NCBI RefSeq assembly: GCF_009914755.1
Contig: NC_060935.1
Direction: 5' to 3' (one strand)
DNA from: the human T2T-CHM13v2.0 reference genome, Homo sapiens
DNA: 64,000 nt
Shown here: positions 55,401-64,000 of the stretch, piece after piece
Position numbering within the stretch: position 1 is the stretch's first letter
Layout: each line of letters starts with the position of its first letter
Made by a program: the position numbers and the translations under genes
The notes under the pieces: generated by a model
Databases searched by the model: none
What the model saw: the letters and a program-made list of their open reading frames with translations, nothing else
What the model was told of the DNA's origin: nothing

Positions 55401-55518
55401 CAGGAAGTGGGTGGGGCCAGAGAAGAGAATAAAAGCAGGCTGCCTGAGCCAACAGTGGCAACCCACTCAGTCCCCTTCCACACTGTGGAAGCTTTGTTCT
55501 TTCACTCTTTGCAATAAA
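55392..55518 (+). promoter_or_regulatory. 5' LTR core promoter (CCAAT, GGGTGGGG box, AATAAAA TATA-like box at 55428) and R-region AATAAA at 55513
   Basis: ACCAATCAGCAGGAAGTGGGTGGGGCCAGAGAAGAGAATAAAAGCAGG followed by GCAATAAATC; equivalent sites in the 3' LTR at 63058 and 63140. Confidence 0.75.
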
Positions 55519-55874
55519 TCTTGCTACTGCTCACTCTTTGGGTCCACGCTGCTTTTATGAGCTGTAACACTCACCGCAAAGGTCTGCAGCTTCACTCCTG
55601 AAGCCAGCGAGACCACGAGCCCACCAGAAGGAATGAACAACTCCAGAAGCGCTGCCTTAAGAGCTGTAACACTCACCTCAAAGGTCTGCAGCTTCACTCC
55701 TGAGCCAGCGAGACCACGAACCCACCAGAAGGAAGAAACTCCAAACACATCCGAACATCAGAAGGAACAAACTCCAGACACGCCACTTTAAGAGCTGTAA
55801 CACTCACCGCGAGGGTCCACGGCTTCATTCTTGAAGTCAGTGAGACCAAGAACCCACCAATTCCGGACACATTT

Positions 55875-55892
55875 TGGCAACCACGAAGGGAC
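55875..55892 (+). other. Primer-binding site complementary to the tRNA-Arg 3' end
   Basis: TGGCAACCACGAAGGGAC, 3 nt after the LTR end; begins with TGG (complement of CCA); ERV9 is known to prime on tRNA-Arg. Confidence 0.88.
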
Positions 55893-57180
55893 TTTTGCCT
55901 ATCACCAAGCAGTGAGACAATTGCCGAGCGGTGAGACCATCGCCTATCGCCAAGCAGTGAGTACCATCGGACCCCTTTCGCTTGCTATTCTGTCCTATCT
56001 TTCCTTAGAATTCGGGGGCTAAATACCGGGCACCTGTCAGCCAGTTAAAAGTGACTAGTGCGGCCGCTGGACTAAAGACACGGGTGTCAGGCTTTCTGGG
56101 AAAGGGCTCTCTAACAACCCCTGACTCTTCGGAGATGGGACCGTTGGTTTGCCTAGAACCAGCTTCTGCTTTTCCTGTACTTCTGGGCTGAGCCGAGGGT
56201 CGACAGAGAGGAAAGCCATGCAGCTCCAGGGTCCCAACAACAAGTTGGTTGACCCTGCGGCCATGAGCGCAACTCTCAAAAGCATGTCTCCCAGGCGAGA
56301 CTCACCCATCTATCCTATCTATCCTGACCCTTGCCTCCTGGGTCCTAATGCCTGCCAGACAAATTTCCTCTCGCCTCTCTTCTCTGAGGTTAGACCTGCT
56401 TCTAAAAATTGCTACCTGTCTCTGGTGCTTTTCTAGTTTCTCCTATAAGAATGATTTCTAGTATAAACTCCAGGACTCTGTTACCTTCTTTAGGCACCCA
56501 GGCTCACCAATCAGAAAGACATAATTTTTGTCCAAAGCCCCATCATAGTGGGGACTACCTGGAATTTTAGGATCCCTCCTCAGACTAATAGGCCTAACAA
56601 AAGCTATTCCTGAAGCTAGGATATGGGGAGCCTCAGAAATTGTATCCTTCCTATTCATGTAAGTGAGGACAAAAGGTGTCACTCTTCCAGCCCTGGAGAT
56701 CCCTTCCCTCCCTCAGGGTGTGGCCCTCCACTTCACTTTTGGGGCATAACATCTTTATAGGACAGGGCTAAAGTCCCAATACTAACAGGAGAATGCTTAG
56801 GACTCTAACAGGTTTTTGAGAATGCGTCGGTAAGGGCCACTAAATCCAATTTTTCTCGGTCGGTCATCCTTGTGGTCCAGGAGGACAGGCAGGGGTGCAG
56901 GTTTTTGAGAATGCGTTGGTAAGGACCACTAAATCTGACCTTCCTTGGTCCTCCATGTGGTCTGGGAGGAAAACAAGTGTTTCTGCTGCTGTGTTGGTGA
57001 GCGCAACTATTCTGATCAGCAGGGTCCAGGGACTGTTGCGAGTTCTTGGGCAGGGGTTGTTTCTGCTGCTGCATCGGTGAGCACAACTATTCTGATCAGC
57101 AGGGTCCAGGGACCGTTGCGGGTTCTTGGGCAGGGGAAGAAACAAAACAAACAAAAACCACGGGCGGTTTTGTCTTTCAG

Positions 57181-58635
57181 ATGGGAAACACTCAGGCATC
57201 AACAGGCTCACCCTTGAAATGCATCCTAAGCCATTGGGACCAATTTGACCCACGAACCCTGAAAAAGAGGTGGCTCATTTTTTTCTGCACTATGGCTTGC
57301 CCCAATATTCTCTCTCTGATGGGAAAAAATGGCCACCTGAGGGAAGTACAAATTACAATACTATCCTGCAGCTTGACTTTTCTGTAAGAGGGAAGGCAAA
57401 TGGAGTGAAATACCTTATGTCCAAGCTTTCTTTTCATTGAGGGAGAATACACAACTATGCAAAGCTTACAATTTACATCCCACAGGAGGACCTCTCAGCT
57501 TACCCCCATATCCTAGCCTCCCTATAGCTCCCCTTCCTATTAATGGTAATCCTCCTCTAATCTCCCCTGCCCAGAAGGAAATAAGCAAAGAAATCACCAA
57601 AGGACCACAAAACCCCCGGGCTATCAGTTATGTCCCCTTCAAGCTGTAGGGGGAGGGGAATTTGGCCCAACCCGGGTACATGTCCCCTTGTCCCTCTCTG
57701 ATTTAAAACAGATCAAGGCAGACCTGGGGAAGTTTTCAGATGATCCTGATAGGTACACAGATGTCCTACAGGGTCTAGGGCAAACCTTTGACCTCGCTTG
57801 GAGAGATGTCATGCTACTGTTAGATCAAACCCTGGCCTTTAATGAAAAGAATGCAGCTTTAGCTGCAGCCCAAGAGTTCAGAGATAACTGGTATCTTAGT
57901 CAAGTAAATGATAGAATGACAGCCGAAGAAAGGGACAAATTCCCTACTGGTCAGCAAGCCATCCCCAGTATGGATCCCCACTGGGACCTTGACTCAGATC
58001 ATGGGGACTGGAGTCATAAACATCTGTTGACCTGTGTTCTAGAAGGACTAAGGAGAATTAGAAAAAAGCCCATGAATTATTCAATGATGTCCACCATAAC
58101 TCAGGGAAAGGAAGAAAATCCTGCCTTCCTCGAGCGGCTATGAGAGGCCTTAAGAAAATATACTCCCCTGTCACCCGAATCACTTGAGGGTCAATTGATT
58201 CTAAAAGATAAGTTTATTACCCAATCAGCTGCAGATATCAGGAGAAAGCTCCAAAAGCAAGCCCTGGGCCCTGAACAAAATCTAGAGGCATTATTAAACC
58301 TGGCAACCTCGGTGTTCTATAATAGGGACCAAGAGGAACAGGCCCAAAAGGAAAAGCGAGATCAGAGAAAGGCCACAGCCTTAGTCATGGCCCTCAGACA
58401 AACAAACCTTGGTGGTTCAGAGAGGACAGAAAATGGAGCAGGCCAATCACCTGGTAGGGCTTGTTATCAGTGTGGTTTACTAGGACACTTTAAAAAAGAT
58501 TGTCCAATGAGAAACAAGCTACCCCCTCGTCCATGTCCACTATGCTGAGGCAATCACTGGAAGGTGCACTGCCCCAGATGATGAAGGTTCCCTGTGTCAG
58601 AAGCCTCCAACCAGATGATCCAACAACAGGACTGA
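57181..58635 (+). pseudogene. gag: ERV9 gag (MA-CA-NC), disrupted
   Basis: ATG gives MGNTQAS (myristoylation-type N-terminus); capsid LSDLKQIKADLGKFSDDPDRY; major homology region QGKEENPAFLERL; zinc knuckle CYQCGLLGHFKKDC at 58462; frameshift near 57300 and in-frame TGA at 58141 and 58546; gag stop at 58633. Confidence 0.93.
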
Positions 58636-60850
58636 GGGTGCCCGGGGCAAGTGCCAGCTCATGTCATCACCCTCACTGAGCCCCAGGTATGTTTAACTAC
58701 TGAGGGCCAGGAAATTGACTTCCTCCTGGACACTGGCATGGCCTTCTCAGTGTTAATCTCCTGTCCTGGATGACTGTCCTCAAGGTCCATTACCATCCGA
58801 GGAATCCTGGGACAGCCTGTAACCAGGTATTTCTCCCACCTCCTCAGTTGTAATTGGGAGACTTTGCTCTTTTCACATGCCTTTTTTGTTATGCCTGAAA
58901 GTCCCCCACCCTTATTAGGGAGGGATATATTAGCCAAGGCTGGAGCTATTATCTACATGAATATAGGGAACAAGTTACCCATTTGTTGTCCCCTACTTGA
59001 GGAGGGAATCAACCCTGAAGTCTGGGCATTGGAAGGACAATTTGGAAGGGCAAAAAATGCTCACCCAGTCCAAATCAGGTTAAAAGATCCCACCACTTTT
59101 TCTTACCAAAGGCAATATCCCTTAAGGCCTGAAGCTCATAAAGGATTACAGAATATTGTTAAACATTTGAAAGCTCAAGGCTTAGTAAGGAAATGCAGTA
59201 GTCCCTGCAACATCCCAATTTTGGGAGTACAAAAACCCAACAGTCAGTGGAGACTACTTCAAGACCTTAGACTCATTAATGAGGCAGTAATTCCACTATA
59301 TCCAGTTGTATCCAACCCCTATACCCTGCTCTCTCAAATACCAGAGGAAGCAGAATGGTTCATGGTTCTGGACCTCAGGATGCCTTCTTCTGTATTCCCC
59401 TGCACTCTGATTCCCAGTTCCTCTTTGCCTTTGAGGATCCCACAGACCACATGTCCCAACTTACATGGATGGTCTTGCCCCAAGGGTTTAGGGATAGCCC
59501 TCATCTCTTTGGTCAGGCCCTAGCCCAAGATCTAGGCCATTTCTCAAGTCCAGGCACTCTGGTCCTTCAATATGTGGACGATTTACTTTTGGCTACCAGT
59601 TTGGAAGCCTTGTGCCAGCAGGCTACTCTAGACCTCTTGAAATTTCTAGCTAATCAAGGGTACAAGGTGTCTAGGTCAAAGGCCCAGTTTTGCCTACAGC
59701 AGGTTAAATATCTAGGCCTTATCTTAGCCAAAGAGACCAGGGCCCTGAGCAAGGAATGAATACAACCTATACTGGCTTATCCTCACCCTAAGACATTAAA
59801 ACAGTTGCGGGGGTTCCTTGGAATTACCGGCTTTTGCTGACTATGGATCCCCGGATACAGTGAGATAGGCAGGATCCTCTATACTCCAATCAAGGAAACC
59901 CAGAGAGCAAATACTTATCTAGTTGAATGGGAACCAGAGGCAGAAACAGCCTTCAAAACCTTAAAGCAGTCTCTAGTACAAGCTCCAGCTTTAAGCCTTC
60001 CCACAGGACAGAACTTCTTTTTATATGTCACAGAGAGAGCCAGGATAGCTCTTGGAGTCCTTACTCAGACCCGTGGGACAACCCCACAACCAGTGTCATA
60101 CCTAAGTAAGGAAATTGATGTAGTAGCAAAAGGCTGGCCTCACTGTTTAAGGGTAGTTGCAGCAGTGGCCATCTTTGTGTCTGAGGCTATCAAAATAATA
60201 CAAGGAAAGGATCTCACTGTCTGGACTACTCATGATGTAAATGGCATACTAGGTGCCAAAGGAAGTTTATGGCTATCAGACAACCGCCTACTTAGATACC
60301 AGGCACTACTCCTTGAGGGACCAGTGCTTCAAATACGCACGTGCATGGCCCTCAACCCTGCCACTTTTCTCCCAGAGGATGGGGAACCAATCGAGCATGA
60401 CTGCCAACAAATTATAGTCCAGACTTATGCCACCCGAGATGATCTCTTAGAAGTCCCCTTAACTAATCCTGACCTTAACCTATATACCAATGGAAGTTTA
60501 GTTGTGGAGAATGGGATACGAAGGGCAGGTTACACCATAGTTAGTGATGTAACCATACTTGAAAGCAAACCTCTTCCCCCAGGGGCCAGTGCCCAGTTAG
60601 CAGAACTAGTGGCACTTACCCGAGCCTTAGAACTGGGAAAGGGAAAAAGAATAAATGTGTATACAGATAGCAAGTATGCTTATCTAATCCTACATGCCCA
60701 TGATGCAATATGGAAAGAGAGGGAGTACCTAACCTCTGGGGGAACCCCCATTAAATACCACAAGGAAATCATAGAGTTATTGCACACAATGCAAAAACGC
60801 AAAGAGGTGGGAATCTTACACTGACAAAGCCATCAAAATGGGAAGGAGAG
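58636..60850 (+). pseudogene. pol: ERV9 pro-pol (protease, reverse transcriptase, RNase H); integrase absent
   Basis: In frame after the gag TGA; FLLDTG at 58720-58737; LLGRDIL; QDLRLIN; LPQGFRDSP; YVDD at 59571; SAQLAEL; VYTDSKYA; frameshift near 59378 and stops at 58771, 59757, 59838, 60822. Confidence 0.94.
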
Positions 60851-60999
60851 GGGAGAACAGCAGCATAAGCAGCTTGCAGAGGCAGCAGAAAGGAAAGAAA
60901 GAGACAGAAGTCAGAGAGAAAGAGGGACAGACACAGAAAGTCAAAGAGAGATGGAAGTAGTAAAGAAAAAAATAGTGTACCCTATTCCTTTAAAAGCCA

Positions 61000-61616
61000 G
61001 GGTAAATTTCTATCTACCCAGCCAAGGCATATTCTACTTATGTGGATCTTCAACCCATATCTGCCTCTCAAACAGTTTGCAAGAAATAACTAAATCTGTC
61101 CTTACATTACAATCCCAAATAGACTCTTTGGCAGCAGCGATTCTCCAAAACCACTGAGGCCTAGACCTCCTCACTGCTGAGAAAGGAGGATTCTGCACCT
61201 TCTTAGGGGAAGAATGTTGTTTTCATACTAACCAGTCGGGGATAGTAGGAGATGCTGCCCAGTGTTTACAGGAAAAGGCTTCTGAAATCAGACAACGCCT
61301 TTCAAATTCTTATACCAATCTCTGGAGTTGGGCAACATGGCTTCTCCCCTTTCTAGGTCCCATGGCAGCCATCTTGCTGTTACTCACCTTTGGGCCCTGT
61401 ATTTTTAACCTTCTTGTCAAATTTGTTTCCTCTAGAATCCAGGCCATTAAGCTACAGATGGTCTTACAAATGGAACCCCAAATGAGTTCAACTAACAACT
61501 TCTACCGAGGACCCTTGGACCGACCCGCTGGCACTTCCCCTGGCCTAGAGAGTTCCCCTCTGAAGGACACTACAACTGCAGGGCCCCTTCTTTGCCCCTA
61601 TCCAGCAGGAAGTAGC
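61000..61616 (+). pseudogene. env: ERV9 env remnant: short SU C-terminal piece joined to TM
   Basis: LQNH*GLDLLTAEKGG immunosuppressive domain (TGA at 61155); CTFLGEECC CX6CC motif; WLLPFLGP-AAILLLLTFGPCIFNLLV membrane anchor; RGPLDRP tail; resembles HERV-W/syncytin-1 TM. Confidence 0.92.
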
Positions 61617-61665
61617 TAGAGCGGTCAACGACCAAATTCCCAACAGCTGTTAGGGTGTCCTGTTT

Positions 61666-61675
61666 AGAGGGGGGA
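61666..61675 (+). other. Polypurine tract
   Basis: AGAGGGGGGA followed by T and the TG start of the 3' LTR. Confidence 0.88.
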
Positions 61676-61676
61676 T

Positions 61677-63396
61677 TGAGAGGTGACAGCATGCTGGCAG
61701 TCCTCACAGCCCTCGCTCAATCTCAGCACCTTCTCTGCCTGGGCTACCACTTTGGCAGCACTTGAGGAGCCCTTCAGCCCACCGCTGCACTGTGGGAGCC
61801 CCTTTCTGGGCTAGCCAAGGCCGGAGCCGGCTCCCTCAGCTTGCAGGGAGGTGTGGAGGGAGAGGCACGAACGGGAACCTGGGCTGTGTTCAGTGCTTGC
61901 AGGCCAGGTGGAGTTCTGGGTGGGCGTGGGCTTGGCAGGCCCTGCACTCGGAGCACCCAGCCGGCGCTGCCGGCCCGGGTAATGAGGGGCTTAGCACCCG
62001 GGCCAGTGGCTGCGGAGGGTGTACTGGGTCCCCCAGCAGTGCCAGCCCACCGGCGCTGTCCTTGATTTCTCACCAGGCCTTAGCTGCCTTCCCGTGGGGC
62101 AGGGCTTGGGACCTGCAGCCCACCATGCCTGAGCCTCCCACCACCTCCATGGGCTCCCATGTGGCCCAAGCCTCCCTGATGAGCGCCTTCCCCTGCTCCA
62201 CAGCGCCCAGTCCCATAGACCACCCAAGGGCAGAGGAGTGTGAGCACATGGAGCGGGACTGGCAGGCAGCTCCACCTGCAGCCCCAGTGCGGGATCCACT
62301 GGGTGAAGCCAGCTGGGCTCCTGAGTCTGGTGGGGACATGGAGAACCTTTATGTCTAGCCCAGGGATTGTAAATACACCAATCAGCACTCAGTATCTAGC
62401 TCAGGGTTTGTGAATGCACCAATGGACACTTTGTATCTAGCTACCCTGGTGGGGCCTTGGAGAACCTTTATGTCTAGCTCAGGGATTGTAAACACACCAA
62501 TCAGCACCCTGTGTCTTCCTCAGGGTTTGTGAGTGCACCAATTGACACTCTATCTAGCTGCTCTGGTGGGGCCTTGGAGAACCTTTATGTCTAACTCAGG
62601 GATTGTAAATACACTAATCAGCACTCTGTATCTAGCTCAAGGTTTGTAAACACACCAATCAGCACCCTGTGTCTAGCTCATGGTTTGTGAGTGCACCAAT
62701 CGACACTCTGTATCTAGCTACTCTGGCGCGGCCTTGGAGAACCTTTATGTCTAGCTCAGGGATTGTAAATACACCAATTGGCACTCTGTCTCTAGCTTCA
62801 GGTTTGTAAACACACCAATCAGCACCCTGTGTCTAGCTCAGGGTTTGTGAGTGCACCAATCGACACTCTGTATCTAGCTACTCTGCTGGGGCCTTGGTGA
62901 ACCTTTGTGTTGATACTCTGTATCTAGCTAATCTAAGTGGGGACATGGAGAACCTTTGTGTCTAGCTCAGGGATTGTAAATGCATCAATCAGCACCCTGT
63001 CAAAATAGACCACTCGGCTCTACCAATCAGCAGGACGTGGGTGGGGCCAGAGAAGAGAATAAAAGCAGGCTGCCTGAGCCAACAGTGGCAACCCACTCGG
63101 GTCCCATTCCACACTGTGGAAGCTTTGTTCACTCTTTGCAATAAATCTTGCTACTGCTCACTCTTTGGGTCCACACTGCTTTTATGAGCTGTAATACTCA
63201 CCACAAAGGTCTGCAGCTTCACTCCTGAGCCAGAGAGACCACAAACCCACCAGAAGGAAGAAACTCTGAACACATCCGAACATCAGAAGGAACAAACTCC
63301 AGATGCGCCACTTTAAGAGCTGTAACACTCATCGCAAGGGTCCGCGGCTTCATTCTTGAAGTCAGTGAGACCAAGAACCCACCAATTCTGGACACA
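61677..63396 (+). mobile_element. 3' LTR, LTR12 family, 1720 bp
   Basis: Starts TGAGAGGTGACAGC right after the PPT, ends CCAATTCTGGACACA, followed by the CTAG TSD; colinear with the 5' LTR. Confidence 0.95.
62340..63030 (+). promoter_or_regulatory. LTR12 U3 enhancer tandem array, 3' LTR
   Basis: Same repeat units as the 5' LTR, with six rather than five GGAGAACCTTT-type units. Confidence 0.85.
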
Positions 63397-64000
63397 CTAG
63401 CATCTACTTTTAATTCTCCTATAACTTTCTGGGTGAACTTGTAATTTGCACTACAGCTTTTAATCTATTAAACTAAGAGATTGAATACATCATCTTTGGG
63501 ATTTATACTAGCTCTGACAATCTATAACAAAACTGGTGCAAATTAACGCTCAGCTAATTAAAAACAGTTTAACAAAAAGAGTTAGTAACCCAAAAGCTTA
63601 CTGTAACAAAGAAGCTAATATAAATAAAGGATATTGGCTAATAAAGAATTGTGGGGACTATGGCAAACTAGAGACAGCTACTACTGAGTGTTGCCTAATT
63701 CTGGCCAGGTGAAGTATGGACCCTGTGTTGTAAAACTGTCTGATATTTTTGGGAGAAAATGTAAATACAGATAACCTTAATATACCAGTGTAAATTAAAC
63801 AAACCTAACTTGTAGGTAAAAACATTCCCACAAAAAATACTCCAGGTGCACATGCCTTCATTGGGGGAATTGTACTGCATATTTTTTTTAAAAAAAGCAT
63901 TAATCATAGACAAACTCTTTCAGAATATCGAAGAGACTAGAATGCTTTCAGCATTAACCTTATAACTAAACTCAACTCCCAAAAATTACAAAGGAAAAAA

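Larger units (their letters stand above)
54213..55871 (+). mobile_element. 5' LTR, LTR12 family (long LTR12C-like), 1659 bp
   Basis: Starts TGAAAGGTGACAGCGTGCTGGCAGTCC and ends CCAATTCCGGACACA; GC-rich 5' U3, CCAAT/TATCTAGCT tandem array, GAGCTGTAACACTCACC U5 repeats. Confidence 0.95.
54213..63396 (+). mobile_element. ERV9/HERV9 endogenous retrovirus provirus, two LTRs, internally deleted and defective
   Basis: TG...CA-bounded direct LTRs (54213-55871, 61677-63396) flanked by CTAG at 54209-54212 and 63397-63400; PBS after the 5' LTR; PPT before the 3' LTR; gag, protease, RT, RNase H and env-TM motifs in order. Confidence 0.97.

Noticed and set aside
58864-60824. 219-, 134- and 243-aa RT/RNase H ORFs as a functional or novel reverse-transcriptase system
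   Set aside because: Fragments of one ERV9 pol broken by a frameshift and several stops, with an RNase H D-to-N change and no integrase
61362-61616. Syncytin-like gene
   Set aside because: Only a TM remnant: no signal peptide, SU, furin site or fusion peptide, and a stop inside the immunosuppressive domain

Overview
Primate (most likely human) non-coding genomic DNA, intergenic or intronic. I recognise no cellular exon, RNA gene or CRISPR array. About half of the window is decayed transposable elements: Alu, L1, L2, MIR, MaLR LTRs (THE1/MST/MLT1), and MER58/MER2 DNA transposons. The dominant feature is a two-LTR ERV9/HERV9 (LTR12-type) provirus at 54213-63396. It has a 4-bp CTAG target-site duplication, a tRNA-Arg primer-binding site, disrupted gag-pro-pol, no integrase, and an env reduced mainly to TM. 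I do not see a convincing new multi-gene system. The best unexplained signals are four: (i) a near-perfect 41-bp-arm hairpin at 2688-2794 that I cannot assign to a repeat family; (ii) two clear and one degraded short non-tandem duplications spaced about 1.8-1.9 kb apart, one of which interrupts an old L1; (iii) the provirus sitting inside the TSD of an AluY; (iv) reciprocal repeat-unit differences between the two LTRs. Repeat subfamily names come from recalled consensus features, not a database search, and boundaries of old repeats are approximate.
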